DNA of 29,089 nucleotides from a virus (Duplodnaviria; Heunggongvirae; Uroviricota; Caudoviricetes): IMG/VR virus record IMGVR_UViG_2529292726_000018, positions 1 to 29,089 of that record; one strand, 5' to 3'. Shown piece by piece: positions 19,052 to 26,896 of this stretch (position 1 is its first letter; each line of letters starts with the position of its first letter). The notes under the pieces were generated by a model. It saw only the letters and a program-made list of their open reading frames with translations, ran no database searches and was not told where the DNA came from. The position numbers and the translations under genes were made by a program.

Positions 19052-19795
19052 TTATTCTTGAGTAACACTTAAACTCATCTCATTGAATGCAGCCATCCTG
19101 TAACCTGCCGGTGTAACACCAAAATAACTCCTGAATACGCTGATAAAATAAGATGTAAAATTATAGCCGCACTGAGCAGCGATTCTGTTGATGGCGCAAC
19201 GAGATTGATTCAACAGCATTGCTGCCATTCTCATTCTCTCTGTAAGCAACAACTCACTGAAACAGGTGCCTTCTTCTTTCAGTCTTTTTTTTAACAAACT
19301 TTCACTGATACATAACCGCGAAGACACATCTCTCAGAGTCCAGTTTGCTGCAATGTCCGTACGAAACAATGCACTAAGCCTGTCACTAATATTGCTAATA
19401 CACGCGGTCAGAAACGACGAAAACATCTTCTCTGATGAGAAAAACGCCAGACACGAAAAGGAAAGCATTTCCGCTAAATTGTCCGTATGAATCTTTTCCT
19501 CACAAAGATAATCAATCAGGATGCCCATCAATTCTGCCTTCGGAAAACTCACGCAAAGATATCGTGGTATTTGCCGGACTAAAACTACATCCTGTTTTTC
19601 GTCTCCACACAACAGGTAACGGCTAATTGTCGATTCACTGAGACTTATTCGCCGAAAACATTCCGAAAAGGGCAATAACGATCCAGCTCCCCCCCTGACA
19701 AGAAGTGCACTACCACTTTCAAGAGAGAGCTCTTTTCCTTCAAAGAGCACAACAAACGGGGAATGAACAAAAACAACAGAACAGGCTTCATTCAT
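19052..19795 (-). CDS. AraC/XylS-family transcriptional regulator (accessory gene)
   Basis: 248 aa from ATG 19795. C-terminal 100 aa is a typical AraC-type double HTH (…WTLRDVSSRLCISESLLKKRLKEEGTCFSELLLTERMRMAAMLLNQSRCAINRIAAQCGYNFTSYFISVFRSYFGVTPAGYR). The region is clearly AT-rich relative to its neighbours. Confidence 0.8.
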   Translation of the reverse strand: MNEACSVVFVHSPFVVLFEGKELSLESGSALLVRGGAGSLLPFSECFRRISLSESTISRYLLCGDEKQDVVLVRQIPRYLCVSFPKAELMGILIDYLCEEKIHTDNLAEMLSFSCLAFFSSEKMFSSFLTACISNISDRLSALFRTDIAANWTLRDVSSRLCISESLLKKRLKEEGTCFSELLLTERMRMAAMLLNQSRCAINRIAAQCGYNFTSYFISVFRSYFGVTPAGYRMAAFNEMSLSVTQE

Positions 19796-19906
19796 ATCAA
19801 TTGCCCTGACATTACTGGTCACAAGATAAGTATATATCGATTTACAAAAATACAAGCCGAAAGACCAGTATTCGCAACCACCAGCACGTTTTATGTTCTC
19901 TGCCGT

Positions 19907-19930
19907 TTTTCGGACATAAAAAACCCGCTC
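19907..19930 (-). terminator. Intrinsic terminator, candidate tR' after the Q-position gene
   Basis: Minus-strand RNA forms ACCCGC-CAUUGA-GCGGGU followed by UUUUUUAUG, about 95 nt downstream of the Q-like stop and upstream of the AraC-family start. Confidence 0.55.
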
Positions 19931-20024
19931 AATGGCGGGTTGTATCAAAGTTCATGCGCTTGGTTCACCTCGCGATACAGCTTTGCGAAGCTTAGCAAAA
20001 TTGAAGCGGTTTATGCGTAAAAAA

Positions 20025-20567
20025 TCAAGCCGTTTTTTGAGCGAATGATTCTCGCATAGGAATGTATAGCGCATACTCAGCAACGGCCAACCAATTAGCA
20101 ATTCGCTTTTCGCATGTGCTAAAACACCACTCTGGGTGTGCATCATTTAGCAATTCAGCCATTTTGCGTTTGGTCATCCCCCGCCCCTCATACCGTTGAC
20201 GAAGGACGCTAATCAATCCTGGATGCTCTGCCAGCACCTCACTTATGACCCGATCAATACATAACGCCTCTGCATCAGTACAATGCGCCAGCCAGCTCTT
20301 TTGCTTACCGTTAATCATATCCCGCAAAAAAGCCTCAAGTTCAGACTTGTTCAGACCTGCTTTTTTCATCCTCCGGAGCGCCTCGTTAATTGCCGTTTTT
20401 GTCAGCTTTTTAGAGGCCAACAACTGGTTGAACATATTCCCCGTCTTACCGCCGCCAATATACGACCAGCGCCCCCACATGCGCAGTTTTCCCTGAATCC
20501 AGACACTTTCCAGCGTGGTGAGACGAAGGTGTTCCCCGCTTTTGCCTGTATTTGTTGGGTAAATCAT
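20025..20567 (-). CDS. Putative late-gene antiterminator (Q position)
   Basis: 181 aa from ATG 20567. Last gene of the Nin-like block, followed by a promoter-sized gap and a strong terminator, as for lambda Q-pR'-tR'. Assigned by position; sequence family not recognised. Confidence 0.4.
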   Translation of the reverse strand: MIYPTNTGKSGEHLRLTTLESVWIQGKLRMWGRWSYIGGGKTGNMFNQLLASKKLTKTAINEALRRMKKAGLNKSELEAFLRDMINGKQKSWLAHCTDAEALCIDRVISEVLAEHPGLISVLRQRYEGRGMTKRKMAELLNDAHPEWCFSTCEKRIANWLAVAEYALYIPMRESFAQKTA

Positions 20568-20854
20568 AAATAACCTTCCTTTCTCCAGATTTCTTGCGTG
20601 CGAAAAACACCTTCTGCATGCATCAGGCGTAATTCTTCTTTGGTGTAATCGCTTGTTTTTCCCCGCCCGTCGATTAAATCGTGGCACGAGCTACAGGCAA
20701 TCGCTGCCTGCATATCGTGTGGCTTTATCGCCGTTCCGCACGTTCCCGCCAACCTGTAATGCGCCAGCACAGAAGTTTCGGGATTGTGATTGCAGTAGCC
20801 AGGGATTCTGACCTGGCACATCTGGCCCCGCGCCGCTTTACGTAAATCCACCAT
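20564..20854 (-). CDS. Nin-region protein, YbcO/DUF1364-like (Cys/His-rich putative nuclease)
   Basis: 96 aa; MVDLRKAARGQMCQVRIPGYCNHNPETSVLAHYRLAGTCG...IACSSCHD resembles DLP12 YbcO-type proteins as recalled (not verified). Abuts the Q-like start. Confidence 0.55.
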   Translation of the reverse strand: MVDLRKAARGQMCQVRIPGYCNHNPETSVLAHYRLAGTCGTAIKPHDMQAAIACSSCHDLIDGRGKTSDYTKEELRLMHAEGVFRTQEIWRKEGYL

Positions 20855-21453
20855 TACGCAAACTCCAGTAGCTGCGCGGCCACATTTTCGACTTGTTCCG
20901 GAGAGGAAAATTTACGGAACAGAATCCAGTTCCACAGCACATTCAGTACAGATTTATAAACCTGCTGAAACTCGGTTTCGTCCATATTCGCAAACGCGAT
21001 GGATTTCGCCCGACGCCCACGACTACCGTCCGGATAAATATGCTCGGTGTAAAATCCGGCCTGAATGGTTACCCACTCGCGGAAAGCCTCAAACGACTTT
21101 AGCAATGCCGTATCACGGGTTCTGTGTGTCGCAACTGTATTCAGATATTGCTCTGCGGCTTCGCTCAGAGCTGGCGTATGTTCCCGGCCTACTGATTCAC
21201 ACAGGTAATCAACGAAACCGGACACCAGTTTTCGTTCGCGAGGCGTGATCGCCCCACCGACCGGAGTCCAGTAATCGAAACCCAGTTGCAGGAGTTTGAA
21301 AAAACGCTTGTGGAATGCGTAGTTACGCACACGCTTAAAGTCTGCGTGTATCCACTCACCTATTTTGATTTGATGCAGAAAATCGCAACTCTCCGGCGTC
21401 GCCGGGAGAAGTAAACCAGAAGAAGTTTGTTTGACCAGTTGTATATGCGCCAT
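20854..21453 (-). CDS. Nin-region hypothetical protein (DUF1367-like)
   Basis: 199 aa; ATG at 21453; coupled to the downstream gene at 20854. Family assignment is from memory and tentative. Confidence 0.5.
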   Translation of the reverse strand: MAHIQLVKQTSSGLLLPATPESCDFLHQIKIGEWIHADFKRVRNYAFHKRFFKLLQLGFDYWTPVGGAITPRERKLVSGFVDYLCESVGREHTPALSEAAEQYLNTVATHRTRDTALLKSFEAFREWVTIQAGFYTEHIYPDGSRGRRAKSIAFANMDETEFQQVYKSVLNVLWNWILFRKFSSPEQVENVAAQLLEFA

Positions 21454-21726
21454 TTCTCAATCTCTCGATGGCGCAGTGCAGCAGATGCCAGCTGTTCAGG
21501 CTGACGAATGAAGTATAAATAAACTGGCTCCAGTGTAAAGCCCCCACATTGATGGAATAAAAACCAAACAACAGATTGCTGGGATAAAAACAACGCTTAT
21601 TATTAAAAGCGGTTAAACAAATTAAATTTTAATGTTATGCAAATCTACCAGATCACCATAATATCTCATTTGAAAACCACTGAAATAACAACCCTATCAG
21701 GATTAATCATATTAAGGTGAGTAAAT

Positions 21727-21813
21727 ATGGAAAACAACAAATCTGCACATTACGCTCCTTTTTTATCTGTAATACTTTTTGTTTTATGCTGTGCGTGGGC
21801 ATTATTTTTATAA
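21727..21813 (+). CDS. Candidate small hydrophobic peptide (28 aa)
   Basis: MENNKSAHYAPFLSVILFVLCCAWALFL, with a good SD (AAGGTGAG) 6 nt before the ATG. Lies in an AT-rich gap next to the hok locus. Below the track cutoff; may not be expressed. Confidence 0.3.
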   Translation: MENNKSAHYAPFLSVILFVLCCAWALFL

Positions 21814-21919
21814 AAATATTTACAGATAAAATAAACCCGCCAAAGCTGGTTAAGTGTGGGTGCGTTGAGGATGCATAATACATCAGAGGTGGCGAGGGAT
21901 TTCTCCCTCGCCCGGTCTC

Positions 21920-22075
21920 TTACTCCTCAGGTTCGTAAGCTGTGAAGACAGCGACCTCCGTCTGCCCGGTTCGGATTCGTACCTCACAGAGGTCTTTCCT
22001 CGTTACCAGTGCCGTCACTATGACGGTTAAACAGATGACGATCAGGGCGATTAACATCGCCTTTTGCTGCTTCAT
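21920..22075 (-). CDS. hok: Hok/Gef-family type I toxin (HokD/RelF-like)
   Basis: 51 aa: MKQQKAMLIALIVICLTVIVTALVTRKDLCEVRIRTGQTEVAVFTAYEPEE, a single transmembrane helix plus a periplasmic tail with the conserved Cys, matching E. coli HokD/RelF as recalled. A perfect 9 bp 3' stem-loop (GGCGAGGGA/TCCCTCGCC, 21886-21907) follows. Confidence 0.9.
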   Translation of the reverse strand: MKQQKAMLIALIVICLTVIVTALVTRKDLCEVRIRTGQTEVAVFTAYEPEE

Positions 22076-22089
22076 AGCCTGCTTCTCCT

Positions 22090-22200
22090 TGACCTTTCGG
22101 TCCGTAAGAGGCTAATCTCTATGTGTCGCATAGATATGGCCTCAGATTAATGTTAAACGTCTTGCAGGACGCGTAATGTTAACTGGGGCTTTTCTCTATC
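22090..22200 (+). ncRNA. Putative Sok-like antisense RNA region (boundaries approximate)
   Basis: Plus-strand promoter-like TTGACC (22090-22095), 16 nt, GCTAAT, antisense to the hok leader and a short mok-like frame starting near 22131. Inferred from hok/sok architecture; the transcript itself is not demonstrable from sequence. Confidence 0.3.
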
Positions 22201-22597
22201 TACCTTTGGTGATCATGCCCGAGGCAGATAGCCTCAAGCACCCACAGCAATTCTAACTATCCAATACATCACTGCCAACACTTTAAACTCTTACCCTTTA
22301 AAACAAGAACAAAATTCAACCAATCAGCATTGGGCGTATACTCATATCCTAGAGAAAACAACTCTTTCTGTACTATTTATATCCATATGATTTATAAGCA
22401 TTTGCCACTTGCCATAGCCGCACAATGACAGTTTGCCATTTGATGTCAATAGATAAAAATGATCGTTTTCAATGAGTTACATACTTGCAAGGCGTTGCAC
22501 ATCAGGCCCGATTACGTCAGTATCAAAAGATTACAGATGGTGCATTACTGCCACCTCGCCTTAATGTTCCAGAACTCTCCAACTTGAGGAATTTTCA

Positions 22598-23371
22598 ATG
22601 ACATCCTTTCAATTATCTTTGATTTCTCGTGAAATTGACGGCGAAATAATACATTTACGTGCCAAAGATGGTTACATAAACGCCACATCAATGTGTAGAA
22701 CTGCGGGCAAACTGCTCTCTGATTACACTAGACTCAAAACTACTCAAGAGTTTTTTGACGAATTATCACGCGATATGGGAATTCCCATATCGGAGTTAAT
22801 TCAATCATTTAAAGGTGGAAGACCTGAAAACCAAGGGACATGGGTGCATCCTGACATCGCTATTAATCTAGCGCAGTGGCTATCGCCCAAATTTGCAGTC
22901 CAGGTTTCAAGATGGGTTCGTGAATGGATGTCAGGGGAAAGAACTACAGCAGAAATGCCTGTACATTTAAAACGGTACATGGTTAATCGTAGTAGAATTC
23001 CTCACACGCACTTTTCTATTCTTAATGAACTGACATTCAACTTGGTTGCACCTCTTGAACAAGCAGGGTACACACTCCCAGAAAAAATGGTTCCTGACAT
23101 TTCACAAGGAAGAGTATTTTCACAATGGTTAAGAGATAATAGAAACGTAGAACCCAAAACATTCCCTACCTATGACCATGAATATCCCGATGGTCGCGTA
23201 TACCCTGCAAGGCTGTACCCAAATGAATATTTAGCAGATTTCAAAGAACATTTTAACAATATTTGGTTGCCGCAATATGCCCCGAAATACTTCGCTGACC
23301 GGGACAAAAAGGCTCTCGCCTTGATTGAAAAAATTATGCTACCTAACCTCGATGGCAATGAACAGTTCTAA
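22598..23371 (+). CDS. KilA-N domain protein with an uncharacterised C-terminal domain
   Basis: 257 aa, the only substantial plus-strand gene in the central region. N-terminal IHLRAKDGYINATSMCRTAGKLLSDYTRLKTTQEFFDEL matches the KilA-N/APSES-type pattern. Own AT-rich upstream region and own terminator. Confidence 0.7.
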   Translation: MTSFQLSLISREIDGEIIHLRAKDGYINATSMCRTAGKLLSDYTRLKTTQEFFDELSRDMGIPISELIQSFKGGRPENQGTWVHPDIAINLAQWLSPKFAVQVSRWVREWMSGERTTAEMPVHLKRYMVNRSRIPHTHFSILNELTFNLVAPLEQAGYTLPEKMVPDISQGRVFSQWLRDNRNVEPKTFPTYDHEYPDGRVYPARLYPNEYLADFKEHFNNIWLPQYAPKYFADRDKKALALIEKIMLPNLDGNEQF

Positions 23372-23379
23372 ATGATTAG

Positions 23380-23406
23380 CCAGCCCCATAAGGGCTGGTT
23401 ATTTAG
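23380..23406 (+). terminator. Intrinsic terminator of the KilA-N gene
   Basis: CCAGCCC-CAUAA-GGGCUGG followed by UUAUUUAG, 9 nt after the stop codon. Convergent with the minus-strand operon. Confidence 0.6.
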
Positions 23407-23411
23407 TATTA

Positions 23412-23495
23412 TCAACCCCAGCGGCAAATCGAATACACCACCAGCGCCACCGCCATCGCAATTCCTACCGTTGTGAATGCTTCAGACCAGGTCAT
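23412..23495 (-). CDS. Candidate small membrane peptide (27 aa) coupled to the upstream gene
   Basis: MTWSEAFTTVGIAMAVALVVYSICRWG. Its ATG overlaps the upstream TGA as ATGA (23495-23492). Hydrophobic core suggests a single transmembrane helix. Below the track cutoff. Confidence 0.3.
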   Translation of the reverse strand: MTWSEAFTTVGIAMAVALVVYSICRWG

Positions 23496-23995
23496 CGTAA
23501 AACATCCTCCACGCTTATAAGTCCGCTTCGCTCCAGGTAGTCCATCACTTTATCCGGCAATTTGCAGCCCGGTTTCGCTTTCTTAAGTTGACTAACCAAT
23601 TGTTTAACCAGCATTGTCAATTCGCGAACTTGTTTCCCGGGCTCCCCTTTGCCCTGAAGCAGGGCAGCGCGGCAAGCGTTCCATCCCTCAGCATATGTTT
23701 CAGTTACACCATCGAGATGGCATGTAAGCAAATCCATTTCTTCCGGCACTACGGGCGCTGGAAAAACGGCATAGGATGGCGTCCATTTTGGCGCTTTATC
23801 TCCAGCCGAACGCTGATACCAGTCATCCGGTTTGTATTCATAAAAATCACCAACTGGCTCTGCTTCCAGAGATGCCAGAGCAATTTTGAATAATTCGCCC
23901 TCTACCCATGCCATCCCTGAATTGGGGTGGCATTTCTCAATCGCTATTTTTAATTTAGCTTCTTCGATTAATTGCTTTTTGGTTAATTCAGTCAT
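23492..23995 (-). CDS. Hypothetical phage protein (167 aa)
   Basis: ATG 23995 (MTELTKKQLIEE...). An AGGAGG lies about 25 nt upstream with a small GAAA hairpin between. No recognised motifs. Confidence 0.6.
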   Translation of the reverse strand: MTELTKKQLIEEAKLKIAIEKCHPNSGMAWVEGELFKIALASLEAEPVGDFYEYKPDDWYQRSAGDKAPKWTPSYAVFPAPVVPEEMDLLTCHLDGVTETYAEGWNACRAALLQGKGEPGKQVRELTMLVKQLVSQLKKAKPGCKLPDKVMDYLERSGLISVEDVLR

Positions 23996-24156
23996 TTTTC
24001 ATTACCGCCCTTTCGGGCCGCCTCCTAATATTTTGAGGGTGCAGCCCCCCCCTCCGGTTAAGGATTAAATTTTATTTACAGTGCTAAATTTAATTATTCA
24101 GATTTGGATTATGATTTCTCTTTCAGTTCACGCAGTTCCCTGATTGTTAATTTGGC

Positions 24157-24579
24157 TCACAACAGCACATCCTGAAAATTACCCTGATAGAACGCCAGTA
24201 CACGCTGCATGACTTCGCTCTTCCGGCACTCGCGACAGATTATATTCAGACGCCTGTCATAGCGGCGTATTTCTCCGTCTGGTAATGACCAGATAAGGTC
24301 CGGATCAACTACAGCAGGTTTCTTCACCTTTGCCCTCGATAGTTTTTTGCGGGCGTTTTGCCAGTCCTTACGAGCCTGTTCAGAGGGAAATAGCCCGTAG
24401 CCGGAGTTATATACATCGCCACTGGCAACCAGCTCTCTGGCGAGAACGCTCATTAAATATCTTGTCGCACCTGTCTTAGCTTCAAGTTGTCGTAACGTCT
24501 CGCGCCCATTCTGGCGCACGAGTTCAACAACCTGCCCCTTAATTTTTTCCCGCTCTTCTTGTGTAAATACTTTTGCCAT
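24157..24579 (-). CDS. Hypothetical phage protein (about 140 aa)
   Basis: ATG 24579 with SD GGAGG (MAKVFTQEEREKIK...). Basic C-terminal half with a CxxC pair (CRECRK). Confidence 0.55.
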   Translation of the reverse strand: MAKVFTQEEREKIKGQVVELVRQNGRETLRQLEAKTGATRYLMSVLARELVASGDVYNSGYGLFPSEQARKDWQNARKKLSRAKVKKPAVVDPDLIWSLPDGEIRRYDRRLNIICRECRKSEVMQRVLAFYQGNFQDVLL

Positions 24580-24594
24580 AAGCGCCTCCGGCAA

Positions 24595-25320
24595 TCACTT
24601 TTCCGATACAACACAGCGGGAAGAATCAGTAATCTGGCGAACAATATCCCGGTGCTTGTTCAACTCCCGCAGCGCGGCGCAGACACGCTCCCACTTCTGG
24701 ACATGGCTTTTCGCCCGACGCAGTTTGCGGTTTGCCAGATGCAGCGATGGCAAAATCAAATCATCCGCCCGCGTTTCGGTAAACGATGGCAACGACTGCA
24801 CAATGTCCGCTACAGTATCTGTTTTAATTTCTTCCTGTGTTGCAGCCTCCTGTACTGGTAACGCAACACCTGCGGGCTGAGGAAAAGCCTTACCATCAGT
24901 TTCCGCTACCGATGCTGCTTTCGGCTCTGCTGGTAAATTATCGCCCGGTATGCAGTAACGAAATTTACCGCCCTGATTTACGCGAATCAGACGACCTTTG
25001 CTGATGGCCATAGCCAGCGATGAGTTCACCCTGCGGGAAGTAATTCTGAATATCAGTGCAAGTTCATCAGCCGCTTTAGGGCCATGCTGTTCAATCGCCT
25101 CGATCAGCATTTGCGCTGTCACTTTAGAAGCCTGTGCTACAGATGCGTTTTCGTCGGTTTGAGTCAACCACCACATCGGGCCCTTGTTATCAGCTTCCCC
25201 ACGACGCTTCAGTTTCCACAGCTCGTTAATCGCCTCATCCCGGGTCATTCCCAGACGTGCTGCCACTTCCTGGGAAGAGGCTTTTCCCATTGCTTTCAGT
25301 GCGTCAAAAACGGTCTCCAT
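24595..25320 (-). CDS. Hypothetical phage protein (about 241 aa), possibly two winged-helix-like segments
   Basis: ATG 25320 with SD GGGAGG ([39 protein letters not shown]...). Follows the DnaC-like gene, in the position lambda uses for ren. Confidence 0.55.
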   Translation of the reverse strand: METVFDALKAMGKASSQEVAARLGMTRDEAINELWKLKRRGEADNKGPMWWLTQTDENASVAQASKVTAQMLIEAIEQHGPKAADELALIFRITSRRVNSSLAMAISKGRLIRVNQGGKFRYCIPGDNLPAEPKAASVAETDGKAFPQPAGVALPVQEAATQEEIKTDTVADIVQSLPSFTETRADDLILPSLHLANRKLRRAKSHVQKWERVCAALRELNKHRDIVRQITDSSRCVVSEK

Positions 25321-25342
25321 TAAAATTTCCTCCCGGTAAAAA

Positions 25343-26089
25343 TTACTTCTCAATTCCTGGCTGACCAACATTCGGGCGCCAGCTCTCCCAGTTAAAATTC
25401 ACCCATCGCCCGCCGTTCATGGTCATCCGATCCATAATCCTCTCGCCGAGCAATGTTTTCATGGCCTCATAGTTCAGGTTTGTCAGCATCCCCACGCTGC
25501 GGATCGACGCTGTCCGGCGATCAACAATCTGGTGCAGTACCACCTGCTCGTTTTTTGTCTCGCGCTGAATGCCAATTTCATCAAGAACCAGCAGATCCAC
25601 TTCGCACAGTTCCCGCAAAAATTTTTCGCCTGATTGCCCGTCGTCATAGCTGGCGTGTAGAGCACTCATAACATCAGCCACGGTAACCACAATCACTGTC
25701 TGACCGTTTTTCAGCAGGCGATTCCCGATAGCCGCCGCCAGATGGTTTTTTCCGGTACCAGGTTTTCCGCTAAACGCAAAATTTGTACACCCGACCATCA
25801 GTTCATCGGCGATGGATTTCGCCTGGCTCAACGCGTATCGCTGGCCGTCGTTCTGCACCTGGTAATTCGAAAACGAGCATTTGCGGTGCAACGGCTGGAT
25901 GCCGGAGCGATTCAGAATTTTTTCCACCCGCAACTGACGATTCTGGCGATTGATCTCCTCGCAACGTTTCTGGCCTTCTGCAAGTTGCCACTCGCGCCAC
26001 TCCGCCACCGTCCTGAATGGCGCGGTTACATGTGGCGGGGGCAGTCTGCGGATACGTTCCAGAACGCCGCCTGTCGCAATATTTTTCAT
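25343..26089 (-). CDS. DnaC-like helicase loader (IstB-like AAA+ ATPase)
   Basis: 248 aa with Walker [18 protein letters not shown] and Walker B-like LLVLDEIG. Directly downstream of the initiator gene. Confidence 0.85.
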   Translation of the reverse strand: MKNIATGGVLERIRRLPPPHVTAPFRTVAEWREWQLAEGQKRCEEINRQNRQLRVEKILNRSGIQPLHRKCSFSNYQVQNDGQRYALSQAKSIADELMVGCTNFAFSGKPGTGKNHLAAAIGNRLLKNGQTVIVVTVADVMSALHASYDDGQSGEKFLRELCEVDLLVLDEIGIQRETKNEQVVLHQIVDRRTASIRSVGMLTNLNYEAMKTLLGERIMDRMTMNGGRWVNFNWESWRPNVGQPGIEK

Positions 26090-26095
26090 GGTCAG

Positions 26096-26884
26096 TTACC
26101 CCCTGAAGCCTGGCGGGATCGCACTGTCCGGAAACGAGACAGTGTTAACCTGTCGGAGCAACGTCTCAGGCCGAACACTTTTCGGCGCGAACAAGCCCTG
26201 GTATTCATTGGCGATGCTGTGTCGAATCACCTGCTCAGGGGTAAAACCCTGCTGGCGGAATTTTTCCAGTTCCCGTATCGCCCCGTTAGCGCCCTGCTCC
26301 GTTCGAATCGGTTTTCGCAATGCCTGCCTGAACTGGACCCACTCATTCCAGAGTGTTTCTGGCAACCAGTCGGGCAGAGCAATGGCCTCCGGCTCGAATT
26401 GTTTAGACGCTCGTTTTTGCCGAGGGGGATTTAGGGGGAGATCAGTATTTATATCTTCCTCTTCCTCTTCCTCTGGTAACGCTTTTTGATCCGTTTGTGT
26501 AACGCTGGCAGCGTTACCTTTTCGCTTCAGTTCGCGTATTTTTGTAACTCTCTCGTTTGTAACCGCCCGTTTTTTCGAGCTTTTTCCGTTATGACGCTCA
26601 AAGTTTGGTAGTGAAAGCACTCCATCACTTTCGACCAGCCATCCAACCTGAATTAACGCATCAGCAAAACCAGCCATAAAAGTGATACGGTCTATTGCAC
26701 TTTTTGTAACGCCTCGAGCGTTACACTCTGCGTTACCGTCTATCATTTGTTGATCCGCCCATGCCCAGAAGCGAATGACTTTCCCTAATGCGGCATCTGG
26801 ATCAATATTCAGAATCTCAGCAAGCCTGAATATTTCCGGCTTATCCGGCGTAATAACTTCGAGCTTTATCCAGTTTGAAGCCAT
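26096..26884 (-). CDS. Replication initiation protein (lambda O position; YdaU/DnaT-like N-terminus?)
   Basis: 262 aa; ATG 26884 with SD AAGGTGA. Acidic stretch PEEEEEEDI. The 5' half of the gene carries repeated palindromes. Confidence 0.6.
   Translation of the reverse strand: MASNWIKLEVITPDKPEIFRLAEILNIDPDAALGKVIRFWAWADQQMIDGNAECNARGVTKSAIDRITFMAGFADALIQVGWLVESDGVLSLPNFERHNGKSSKKRAVTNERVTKIRELKRKGNAASVTQTDQKALPEEEEEEDINTDLPLNPPRQKRASKQFEPEAIALPDWLPETLWNEWVQFRQALRKPIRTEQGANGAIRELEKFRQQGFTPEQVIRHSIANEYQGLFAPKSVRPETLLRQVNTVSFPDSAIPPGFRG
26498..26518. repeat. Palindrome copy 1: GTAACGC-tggca-GCGTTAC
   Basis: Perfect 7 bp inverted arms with a 5 bp spacer at 26499-26517, inside the initiator coding region. 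Confidence 0.8.
26705..26725. repeat. Palindrome copy 2: TGTAACGC-ctcga-GCGTTACA
   Basis: Perfect 8 bp inverted arms with a 5 bp spacer, plus an extra GCGTTAC half-site at 26730-26736. Confidence 0.8.
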
Positions 26885-26896
26885 TTGTTTTCACCT

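Noticed and set aside
18494-19072. 192 aa plus-strand ORF (Pro/Ser/Thr/Ala-rich)
   Set aside because: Antisense to the 130 aa membrane protein and the GC-rich terminator region; low-complexity translation.
19796-19948. N-terminal extension of the AraC-family ORF
   Set aside because: The extension would read through the strong terminator hairpin at 19907-19930; the internal ATG at 19795 is the more plausible start.
22076-22131. mok-like upstream reading frame of the hok locus
   Set aside because: Only a 19-codon frame ends at the hok start (cTATGA overlap); it does not extend across hok as canonical mok does, so it is left as a leader feature, not a gene.
25742-26489. 230 aa and 179 aa plus-strand ORFs
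   Set aside because: Antisense to the DnaC-like and initiator genes; Arg-rich shadow frames.
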